A DNA stretch of 64,000 nucleotides. Source: Paragordius varius. Taxonomy: Eukaryota > Animalia > Nematomorpha. The translations under genes and the position numbers were made by a program. The notes below the pieces were generated by a model. The model was not told the origin of the DNA. It saw nothing but the letters and a program-made list of their open reading frames with translations, and did not search any database. Where the stretch lies: NCBI GenBank assembly GCA_964247055.1, contig OZ176051.1, forward strand, positions 8,060,001 through 8,124,000, written 5' to 3'. Within the stretch, counting starts at the first letter, position 1, and every line of letters starts with the position of its first letter. Positions 29,301-40,600 of the stretch are shown here, piece after piece.

Positions 29301-32300
29301 ATTGACTGATTATTAAGTTTTTATATTAATAAATTTGTCACAATAAAATAGAAATCAAAAAAATTATCTATCGGCATTGTAAAGTCCTATTTAATCTAAG
29401 AGCCTATGGGTAAAAAACTTAATCTATATAATTTAAATTGGTTAGAGTTTTTTAAAATTTTAATCTTCGATAATTATAACTTTTAACATGTACTTCAGGC
29501 ATATTTTCTGGAAGGGAGTGTATGTAAGAAGATTGAGTAAATTTTGGTGGCATATCAGCAGTATCTCTTACATTAATAATCAATGTTGCATTACTTGATA
29601 AAGTTTGATCAATCGGTAAAATCGATCCTCCATCCTATATTGTAAATAATTATTACAAGACTCATTTTTCAGCATATGGAATTTTACTTCTATAGAAAAA
29701 AATCGATTTTTAGGGATCCTCGCTGAAAATTATGAATTTGCCTTATACCGTTAAAAAAAGATAGTAATTAAAGAATAATTTTTAATTTTAATAATAATGT
29801 GATTTTCGATTAGAGAACATTAGTAATAATAGGCTTCAATTATAAAAATCTGTCAGTCGTATAACAAATTTTGGGTCATTGAATGCCATTAAGAAAAACA
29901 ATCTTAATTTAACTCATTTAAGTCTAGAAAAATTTGTTTCATAATATTAAAATGGTACAAAATCTAATAGATATCAGATATATTTGGATAATAGGAATAC
30001 CCGTGCAGTAATGAGTATTTGATGGATTCTTTGTGTTTCAAAGTCCAAACTTCGTTTCAGTTTTATTTGAAAGCTTTGAATAGTTGTGGCATCAAGATTT
30101 TGAATATTTTTTACGGAAAATAAGTGGGAATAATCTTGATTTCTTTGTTTATTACTCATTGGTTCAATGGTAAAAAACGTATTGTTTTTTGTTATGACCT
30201 CATTACCAACTGATATTTCTTGCAATTCAAATGTTAAAGCGCCAAAGTATGATGAATCCAGATCATAAGCTGAGAGTTTGGCAATGCTTGTATCTACTGC
30301 TAAATCCTATTTTTCAATAATTATGTTATAATACAATGGCTTACATACAGTTTTTAGGCTTTTTTACCTCTATACTAAAGGCAAAGAATTTAAATTGCAT
30401 TATTGGACCCGTAGCTCTGTGAGTGCCCGTGGTCGACAATGATGATTGAATTTCATGCATTTTATGAAAACACCTCTAAAAAATCTTCGACCTTTTACCA
30501 TGCAAAAATATAGTCTAAATATTAGTTTTATTTTATATTTTTGTAAAATAAACAGTTTTTAAAATCCGAATATAATTAGGAGTTAGTTTGCCCTACCTAA
30601 TCCGAACATGTATCATTAGCATATCATTATTGAAAGCTGGCAACTATGTAAATCAATAAATCCATAAAGTTTTGAAATTTAAAAAGCAAACCTCTTAAAT
30701 GAATATGTTTTTGGAAATAAATCAAGAGTATTTTGAAAATATCAAAAAATTGTATCGTGAGATCCGACAATAGATCGTTCTTATATGAAACGCTTAGTTT
30801 TTTAAGTTATTACTTATGTAAAAATAACTCGCTTACCTCATATAGAGAAAAAATTAAAGTTTTTTTTCCTAAAATATTTTACTTTATAATTTATAACAAA
30901 AACTTCCACATTAAATATTCTTAAGTAAATACGAAATATTTGTTTTTGACAAAAAGTTTAGTAGAGTGGACAAAAATTCACCGTTTTAACAATTAATACC
31001 TAAGTCCACTTTTAATACTTATGATTCCACACTACAAATTTAAGCATCGTCTTTTTGTCCGTAAATACTAAAACTCTACTGCATTTCATCCCTAAATTTG
31101 CAGCCTATGTAATATATAATTATGAGGTAGTTTTCAGAAAAATCTAACCATAATACAACATAATTTATCAACCCTAGCAATAAAATACTTTACTTCATCT
31201 ATGCTAATAGGGTTAAGAAAGGGAAGAAACTGGGGTTTTTCATCATTTACATCATCGACGTACAAGAACGCTTGAGTTCGAATTTTACAGGTTATATCTG
31301 ATGGATTATCCGAAACCGTGAGATAAAATGAATATGAGGATTTCACCTATTTAAATATAATAAACTAATAAATTATATTTTTATTGCATAACAAAATTAA
31401 CAATTCGATTCAATTTGGGGTATCTAAATATCCCAGACTATATTTAAATTGAAATTTCTAAAAAACTACTGAAAGAAACGGTCCCAATTTAAATTTATGC
31501 TTCTATCCTAATCAAAATTATATGAATAAACCGATATATATAAATTAAATTTATTGAGAAAAAAGTTCCATGTCAAACTACTTGGACACCATTTATTCAC
31601 AACATTTTTGCAAAATTTCGTGTTTATTTGATTTTAAAGCTAAAATGAAAGCTAATTTATCATTTAAATCACATCTAACATTGATAAACGTGGTTTATTT
31701 TGTATTATTTTTAATTTAGCTAATGCACACATGTCATGTTGACTAAATTTTTACCTTTTGAGGTTTTACCTAAAAATAAGTAATATCAAGTATTTTTGAA
31801 TGAAATTTTTTACATATTTCGGTTCATTAATGTTATATGAGTGCAAATTTTTGCCATGGTTTCAACTCTTTCCATATCTTTTTAATTATTTAATTTTAAA
31901 CAGGCGTGGGGTATCCAACTACCCCAATTTGAATCGAAGGACTGGAATGAGTGTGTTGTATCCAAGTGTTAATTTTCCACATATATTTGATATTCGAAAA
32001 TAATATTACATACAAAAGGCAAAGTTATTAATTTGATAATATTGTTTTAGAATACTTAATATTTTAACACTTTATTCAATTTGGGGTAACTAATGACCCC
32101 AGTCATATTTTAATAGATATTATTAAATTACTACTAAAAAACATGGTTCAAATTTAAGTTTCTTCTATCCTATTTAAATTTATACAAATAAGCCAAAATA
32201 TCTAAATAAAATTTAATTTTGAAAAAAACTCCATATCAATCAACTTAGACGCCATTTTTTTCACAACATTTTTGCAAAATATGGTGTTTTGTCTAACGCT

Positions 32301-34279
32301 AGAAATAAAGTTAATTAGAATCACATCTAACAGAAAAGGAGGTTAATTTTTTATTATTTTTATATTGCATGTTGACTAAATTTATTAAGGTTTATCCATA
32401 AAATATGTAATATAAAGTTTTTTGAAGATTTTGGGTATCAATGTTATATAAGTCCAAATTTTCGCAATGGTTCAAATATTTTATATTAATATTAAACATG
32501 GTGTAACTAGTTACCCCATGAATCAAAGGACTGAAATAAATGGGTATACAAGTGGTAAATTAATCTAAAAACATATTTAATTATATTATTTCGTTTATTT
32601 TACTTTAAAGGATACACCAATATTGGAAATTTTAGGTTTAGTTTTAAGTATATTTGCAAGATTTCAAAACTATTGGACACAAATTTCAAATGTTTATGCT
32701 AATTAAAAGTATAAATAGGAAGCCCTATTAAAGCACTGATTATATAGGTATAAAATGTATTTGAATTTAAACTTAGACGCATTTTTATTAAATTCAAACA
32801 TTCAAAAAAGGCTACAAATAATAAAACATGCAATTTAGAGTCTTTTTTTAATATTTATAAGTACTTATAAAATTCATGAAAACTTAATATTCGCCTGTTT
32901 AAAGCTGGAAGTTAAAAAAAATATATGCAGTTTTAAGTATCAAACTCTCACATACTCAGAGTAAAAAGTTAGACGCCTTAACTCCAACAAGCATTTACTT
33001 AAATCCAAACCGTAAATTCATTATAAAATACGTTTTTAAAATATGTGAAGTTTTTTAAGTAAAAATATCCAACGAAACTACTTCTCTATCCAGTGGATTT
33101 GCCAGAATTAAATTGGATGCGGTGTTATTTAAAAATTGAATGCGCAACAAATTTTTCGGCATTTCAACGGATTCTATGTCGAAAAAACATGGGTTTTGAT
33201 CTAAATCCTTACATTGGACAACCATTATGATACTGCCTAAAAAACATATAGAATATAAATATAATAAATTACAGTAAAAATTGTATTCATACGGACATAA
33301 TGTAAAAATATAAAGACAAATTTTTTTTCAAAAGACAACCATACTTTTTTAAACTAATTTATCCTATAAAAACATTTAATTACAATCGTAAAATACATAT
33401 TTGATTGTGTTACCAATTTACATTTCTATTATATACTTTGTAGTTTAATACATTGAGTTTTATTACAAAAAAATCAAGATTAGAAAGCATGGTTGTCTTT
33501 TTGAAAAAAATATTTGCCTTTATATTTTCACGTTTTGTCCGTATAATTTCAATTTTTACAGTAAAGTTTATATTTTTTAGCTTACCTGGAGAGAGATCTT
33601 CTTTGACAATGACTTTGCGAAAATCTGAAGTCTGTAAAAAATATGGTTGGAAGGATCCAAGGCCTAATATATGTTAAAAAAATATTTTAATATATATATT
33701 ATGGTGCAAAATTTTTCAAAGCCTACTATTAAAAAACATATATGTTTGTGAATGACAATATTTACAAAATTAAAATATAAAAAAGGAATAAATTGTCAAA
33801 AACGGTTATTTATGATATAACCAATATGTCTTATATTTGTAAAACCTGCTCTTTACGAAAAACCTCTTGGTTAAAATATTTTAATAAAAAAAATTTTTTT
33901 GGGTTTCAGTATTTTAATATTACTATCGGTCCAATCTTTATTAAAATTTGTATTCAAACACATATAAAAGTGATGCTTATTATTTATATTTATTTATAAT
34001 TATAAATTTATGGCTTTTATAATTGATAAGGAAATATTAATTTTACGAAATAACCATCGATTACAAAAATATATATGTTCAATCTATTGAAAAAGTTAAA
34101 ATCTTAAAATTGAGTTAAATTCATAGATTATATCTCTGTAAATATTAAACGATAACGATATAATAAAATCCATTATCTATTATGAATTTATTAAAATATA
34201 ATTTACATTTGGTGAAGATCACTGGAATAATTAATCCCATCAATAACATAAAATTTAGAATTAATGCCTCAGAATTCAT
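8325..34279 (-). CDS. Large cadherin, Cad87A/CDH23-like: about 13-14 EC repeats, membrane-adjacent domain, TM and cytoplasmic tail; >30 exons
   Basis: Signal-peptide exon MNSEALILNFMLLMGLIIPVIFTK (34279..34207) joins CLGSFQPYF..VKEDLSPG. Many exons carry DxNDxxP, A.D.D and LDRE/LDFE motifs (e.g. 33236..33078 NPLDRE; DVNDEKP, DVNDCAP, DVNDNWP, EVNDEMP, DINDHAP). Membrane-adjacent segments read LRQITGFNYNIDEI (about 13050) and SVIGHFVDQHDRII (about 12250). The TM is TFYGTVLCFAITILTLLTIWI (about 10480..10410), then YRRKLKAAMA (about 9790). The last exon ends at the stop at 8325. The repeat count is an estimate. Confidence 0.88.
11197..11706. mobile_element. hAT-type MITE in cadherin intron
   Basis: Ends TAGGGTAGTGC / GCACAACCCTA; 8-bp flanks AGAGAACC / AGAGAATC (7/8); subterminal GGTCATGACC/CTGACCGG motifs. 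Confidence 0.75.
12424..12896 (+). mobile_element. MITE family B (about 470 bp), reference copy
   Basis: About 25-bp TIRs GGGGTCGTTTTATATCCCAGAGC / GCTCTGGGATATAAAACTACTACCCC. Homologous copies at about 39550..39993 (-), 40888..41320 (+) and 43948..44255 (+), with a fragment near 5170..5360. Confidence 0.75.
14068..14625 (+). mobile_element. piggyBac-type MITE family A (TTAA-flanked)
   Basis: TTAA|CACTTCGATTCAA ... TTGTATCCAAGTG|TTAA; internally homologous to the copies at 27260, 31401 and 32068. Confidence 0.8.
17312..17578. mobile_element. Tc1/mariner-pogo-type MITE family C with about 70-bp TIRs
   Basis: TA|CAGTAAAATTTAAAATTATACAGACAAAACGTG... and ...TTTTGTCCGTATAATTTCAGTTTTTACTG|TA; second copy at 33272..33561. 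Confidence 0.8.
18155..18395 (+). mobile_element. TA-flanked MITE family H
   Basis: TIR TACCATTTACA / TGTAAATGGTA with TA flanks; homologous to 60316..60619 in the opposite orientation. Confidence 0.75.
21270..21394. mobile_element. Minimal 125-bp hAT-type MITE
   Basis: Exact 8-bp TSD CTATATAT at 21262..21269 and 21395..21402; imperfect TIR CTGAGCTTCGA / TCGAAGTCCTG; GGAACCG/CGGTTCC motifs shared with 53066..53716. Confidence 0.75.
25596..25861. mobile_element. hAT-type MITE (AGGGGTGTC ends)
   Basis: TAGGGGTGTCCAAC / GTTAAACACCCCTG with GGCCCGCG subterminal motifs; flanks TTCTAGAC / TTCTAAAG (degenerate TSD). Confidence 0.65.
27260..27764 (+). mobile_element. piggyBac-type MITE family A copy
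   Basis: TTAA|CACTTCGATTCAAA start and GTTGTATCCAAATG end; internal homology to 14068..14625. Confidence 0.75.
31401..31968 (+). mobile_element. piggyBac-type MITE family A copy
   Basis: TTAA|CAATTCGATTCAA ... TTGTATCCAAGTG|TTAA; strong internal similarity to 14068..14625. Confidence 0.8.
32068..32554 (+). mobile_element. piggyBac-type MITE family A copy, more decayed
   Basis: TTAA|CACTTTATTCAATTTGGGGTA start and GTATACAAGTG end; collinear with the copy 100 bp upstream. Confidence 0.7.
33272..33561. mobile_element. MITE family C copy
   Basis: About 70-bp inverted arms (CAGTAAAAATTG...GACAACCAT / ATGGTTGTC...TTTTTACAG) with TA flanks. Confidence 0.75.
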
Positions 34280-36009
34280 TTGTAGTGGGGAGCGATAATT
34301 TTCGATCCAAATTATTTCTTGATAATTTTTTGTAAAAATGACAAATAAGATGACGTTTTTGTTAAATTTTTGCGCATTTTCAAATATGGATTATGTAGAT
34401 AAATTTGTAATTAAAAATTTGGATGTTACATATATAGAGGATAGTATAGTTATATTATATTATAACGTTTGTGCGCATTTTTATGTTTTTTTAGAAAATG
34501 AAAAATGATATACACGCGGACGGTATTTTCTAACAGGATAAAATGTCGGTCAAATTCTGGAATGATGCTACAAAATTATATTTTTTGCATGCATAAAAAT
34601 TAATTAGCCTGATAAACATGTTCATAAGCACATTTAAGTGATATAAAGTTTATTTAAATATTAAAAAGTTTATATTATTAAATAGTTTTGCAAAAAATAT
34701 TGTTAAAAAATATAATTGGATCTTTTAAATCCTCCTTCTCTCTTTTTTTCGTTGAGCCATGGTTAAGACACAAATAATGATACATTTATTACTAAATAAT
34801 TGCACAAAAAAGCCTTTAAATAAGTAGTTTTAGAAAAACGAAAAGAAAAATAAATTATATAAATTTTATGAAGAACTGCCTTATATATTACATAAAAAAA
34901 TATTATATGGTTAGTTAAAGATGAAAAGTAAACAGGTATGCATGATAATTGCTTGTACGACAATTTTAAGAGATGATCATTATTTCTCATGTATTACATA
35001 ATTTTAAAAATACCTCTTATATATTGTACATATTTTTTCAGATAAATTTATTATGGACTATAAAATCTTGATAATTAAAAACAATTGGTCAATATTATAT
35101 GAAAAATATCCATAAAATTTGGAATTATTAATTTGGATGTAAAAAATATTATGAACCGATAGCGAACCCATTTTAATACTTGGAATGTTAATTATTTTAG
35201 AATTTATAATATGGGGATATGAGATTTGAATAGATATGGATTAGAATTAGATATAAATGCTTTAAAGAGCGAAGAGAAATAGGTTAAAATAATTATATCT
35301 TGTGATCTTCGAAATGTAATTTTTAAGGCAATTTTTAAGAAAATATTCCATAATTATCCATCATATATTGCCGATTCACATAATATGTAAGTGAAACCAA
35401 TTAAAAATTTTCTCTTCAGAACATTGCATTTTAAAAATAAACAAAATATATATGCTTAATATTATTTGCTGTGTCACATTAACTGTATTATTATATTAAA
35501 AACATTTATATTTCTATTGATTTTTATATGCACTACACACAGGTTATTAAGTCAAAACCTAGAAAACAAACGTTCAATGGTAAAAACAATATATATTATA
35601 TAACAAAACTCCAGGAGAGAATGGGAAAGAAATCAGTATTGATTTTGTAAGGCAGCAAGGTACTAATTTACTAAAAATATTTTATATTATTATATTTTCG
35701 CATATTCACGCATCTCTATACTATCATCAGTTATTTGGAAAATAATTCATTGTTTAAAATTAAAAAATACTCAAAAAATAGAATGACAAAATGAGTAATT
35801 GATATATTTACGTAAATTGAAACGAAATAACCTTGTAGAGTAAGCTTACAAGATTTATTTAGTATTATTAATCAGTATGCGATTTATTATCTATTACCAT
35901 AAGGGTAAATATATTTTTTAAACTGTCTATAATTTATATATATAATACCGGATTATTAACAAAAACAAACAAATGATTTTTTTACGCTAAGGTTTTTGAT
36001 TGCGTAAGG

Positions 36010-36943
36010 CAGGGGTCGACAGCCTTTTTTGGGGGTTAAGTCGTTTTCAAAATAGTGAATTTAGACACAAGCCCTACCCTTGAAAATATATTAAAATAGT
36101 ACTCTATGTCAATATAATAGTATATCAATAAATGGAATATTCTTAACATTACATGTTATTACGTAATAATAATAATGTGACTATGATTAAGCAATTTTAC
36201 ACTCCTTTCTATTTACGAACTTTATAATATGAGATATCATTTTCTCTAGATCTCTAATAGTTTATTTATTTTATTCATTTAAATTTGATTGTGTTTTCAT
36301 ACTGATATTCGCAACAAGTTTTGCACATATTCATCTGTCAACCTCGTTCTATATTTGATTTTATATATATTCTTAAAAAGTTGGTTCGAATAAATATGGT
36401 GTTATTTTGAGCAATTAATTATGAAATATGGAAGGAACTTCTTCATTACATCTTTTCAAAATGTTTTGTTGTGTTTCTCATAATCTTTTTATGTTTAGTT
36501 TCGTAGTGGCGACGAATATAAAATTCCCTGAACCACTTGATTCTTTGCTTATCATATATAGCGGTTTATTTAAACTATCAATAATAAAATATTTAAAAGT
36601 CAATTTAAATTTTCAGTATTCTTTAATCTACTATTCATTTTTTCTTCAATAAATTATAATTAAAACCATTAAATCATAAATTAAGATCTATCTAGGTGGC
36701 ATATTGTTAATGTGAGCATGTTAATGCGCAATATATATATATATATATATATATATAAGCATCTGGTGAAATGAATAAATGCTATTCCGAAAAAGCTGTA
36801 ATTATGTACAGGCCGCGTTTCGGCACGCTTACGGTTAAACTTTACTTTAATTTTTTTATAATTTTTTTATATGCTATGGCGAGGCATATAAAAACACATG
36901 GCGAACCAAGTTTGACTCATGAGCCCTTGGTTGCCGACCCTTG
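36010..36943. mobile_element. Non-autonomous hAT-type element, about 930 bp
   Basis: TIRs CAGGGGTCGACAGCC and (reverse complement) CAAGGGTCGGCAACC match 12/15; flanks GCGTAAGG / GGATAAGG (6/8); no transposase ORF inside. Confidence 0.55.
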
Positions 36944-37699
36944 GGATAAGGTATTCATGAACGCACAGTGTACAATTTAATGGTTGCTTATTTTATATAG
37001 TTAGGCAATTTACAATAAAGTAGTGTTTGGAAAAGAATAAAAAAATGAATAAAATAAACAAAGTTTGAGAAAGAAAAAAATTCTTTATTAATTATTTTTT
37101 TTTGTTTTTTCCATACACTACTGTGATGCAAGTTGACCAACTATAATGTGAAATAAGCAACCATTAAAATGCATACTGTATTTGTAGTTTTTTAAATGTA
37201 ACCGGCCTAAAACTGAAACGTATTCGACATATTCTTAAAACGGCCCATTTATTTTTTTTTTAATTTAGTGGTATTAAAAGGGCATGCTATAAAATAATAT
37301 GTGTGTGCGTTTACCGTCGAGGTCGATTTTTCGCAATATTGTAAATAAAACATCTCCAAAAATTGCGGTTTTAGTTTTAATGTTGAATTCGACCAAGGTT
37401 GCGTGGGTTTCTTATATAGCTAGCTACAACGAATTCACCCAAACAGATAAAGCTTATTTTTAGTATGTTTTCTACAATTCGCATAATTTTAATATTTTTG
37501 AAATGACCCTCACTATTATCCTATATAGATACATTTTATATACATCTTTATACAAGGTCGCTTTTGAATGTGCAATAATTGCATTAAATATATTTTTAGC
37601 AAGGCCAATTAACACAATATATATATATATATATATATAGAAAGCCAATAACCTTATTGGTATTAATTTATATTGAGTGAATAGTTTTTATATGAAAAA

Positions 37700-40600
37700 A
37701 TGTTGAGTGTAATTTTAATCTTTTTGTTACGTCTACAATATTCGGTTTCAACTTCCCTTTATCAATGTCCATCAATTAGTGACAACATGTGTAATTTGGA
37801 TCGTTTGTATACTCCTAGCATTGGGTATGATTAGAAATGTTTTAAAAGTTTTTTAAGAAATATTAAAATATATTTATGTCCAAATTTATTATACCGATGA
37901 TGACCGTAATTGCTTTAATTTTGCAATTGCGTAAGAATAGGAGTCTTGCAATTGAATAAATTTTGACATTTTTAGTACCATTACAGATCACTAAATTACA
38001 TCATTTAGGTGATAATTATAAGTTTATATAATGATGAAGTTAAAATTTTTTAATAGGGATACTGATTTTCAGCCATTTAATTAAACCAAACTATATTATA
38101 AAATATCTTTAAATAGACATGAAATCTCTCAATTTAGGTAGCAGGTCATTTTTATAATAGAAGATTAAATGTTAGCTTTTTATAATATTATCACTTTTTT
38201 ACTTTTTGAGGTGATTAACGCAAATTTAAATTTAAATACTTATGAAAATAACGATAATATTGGATTAAAAAAACATTTTATGGCCTTTAAGGCGGTAAAT
38301 TATTTCGGATTTAGTGTTAGGATCATATCACAATGGCGGTATTTGAAATTTGATACAGTTTTTAAAATGCTGGTCATAAAAAAACATGAATAAGCTTTGT
38401 TATGCAACAAAACTAGTTTGGTAAGTTATGATAACCAAAGCTTTTATTAATAGATTGAACATTAGCATTCCATGCATGGAGTATGAATATGGATTTAATC
38501 TAATGTTACCCCAAGGAATCTATATATATTTACGAGAAAACATATACACTTATTTTTTACGACAAAACGAATTGTTACTTTGGCACCGAATATATTCATC
38601 TCACAAACCTACGGTATTTGTGATTTTTATACGCAACCTTCAGATAATATTTAAAACACATTTTATATAAAAATTAGATATATATAAGATATCAATGCGA
38701 CAAAATTTTAACCATGTTTGACTATAAATTATATCTTGTCAAAGTTTACGACCGAAACTTCGGATCCTTGCTGTCAGCCATGGGCAGGCAAGTTTTTAAC
38801 ATAGGTTTTTTACCAGTCTTAAAGCCGATAATATAATAATGAAAAATATGATTTTAAAAAGTTGCAAAGTTAGTTATCTATTTCTATAATCATATAATAT
38901 ATATGCAGCTAGAGATGTATAGCAATTTAAATAGTGTTGGACCTGGTACCAATAGTGTTAATAAAGCCTTTAGAACTCAGATTTACGATTTTAATTTTTT
39001 TATAATTTTTACACTATATTTATTTTAAAAATGGATTAGTATTTTATAGACGTTAATTTCAAACAATTGTTTGGATTAATAATTAAAAATGGACATCATT
39101 TATACGGAAACTTAAGCTATCGCAATATATTACTAATCATGCCATTTGCAACTTTGTATACCCCTTACCCCATTAATCAGCCAAAGCAAGTATAATATGT
39201 TGAATATGAAGTTAATAGCACAAATATTAATTAAGTTCATTGAGAATTCAAAAAAAACATATAATTATCAGATAAGTTTAAAATATCGTAACATAGAATA
39301 AAAACAATATTATATTTGGAGTTTATATCGTTTTTTTAGTTTTAAAATAAAATGGGCTTGATAATTAAATTTAAAAATCTGAAACCTGATTAAATATATG
39401 TAAATATAATCAAAATGAGCAGAAATATTATTTATGAATTATAATTTTTATGAGTAAGAAATAATAAACACGTATGTTAAAAGTTTTTAAGTTGTTATTT
39501 AGAGGTCACATCGGTTTAACATTCACTATTTGTCCTATTGTCATTGATTAGTTTTATATCCCAAAGCTCAATTTTGTAAATAAACTACTGTTTAGAAAGT
39601 TATTTTAGTTAAAATTTAATTAATAATTGTATGTATTGGATAAAAATCTTATAATTTTTAAAGTATCGTGACTTTTAGAGTCTAAAGTAGGACAGTACAC
39701 ATGATCGAACCAACAGCTGATATCTATATATAAATATTTCAAATTTTTGCCAAAGCATCCTGAAAGCTTTTTAAAGTTGATTATTTCCATTTTCTAAACA
39801 TAATATACATTTATTTGCCTGTTGCATTAGCGATTAAAAAATTTAAAGAAAAAAATGGCGGCGAAAAGTTTGAAATGATTTTTTTTAATTTTTCATTTTT
39901 TTTGTATTATGCGCCTAGGCTAAACATATTATTCGGCTTAATTACCTTAAATACTTTTATAATACATTAATGACTCTGGTATATAAAAAAGCCAAAAGGT
40001 CATGGAGTGCTGAATGCATTTATGGATGAATTCTGAAACAAAGAATCAGTGTTTATAGGCATGACATTTTCTATAAAACAGAATATTTGGTAAACATTTT
40101 TAATAATTTAAATAACCAAATAAACTGGCTCCAAATATAATTTTTAGATAAAAGCGTTTTCGTAATTCAGTTAATTCTGAACATAAAATTATTATTAATG
40201 ACCCGGATAAAATTTAAAATTTGTATTAAATAATATAACTACTATGTATTCTGTTTATTATTGTATAAACTTCAAAAAGCTTGTCCAAAATATATTAGAA
40301 TGCACCAGCGAGAGAAATACACATATGTTTTCCAAAAAAATGGCAATTAATAATTACATAACATTTAACGATATCTAAATTTATGGATAATATTAAAGCT
40401 TTAAATAATTATGCTATAGTTCATAAACACCGCAAGGTCATTATGCACCTAAAATGTTTAACTACTAATTTTTACATATATATGTAAATAGTTTAAAGTT
40501 TTGAGATATAATTGCTTTATAGTCAGCTGTTTTGCTTTTTTGCATTTATTTCTTTTATTTAGCGTTTGAAAGCCCGTTAATCCTTTTTAACGGTTCAAAA

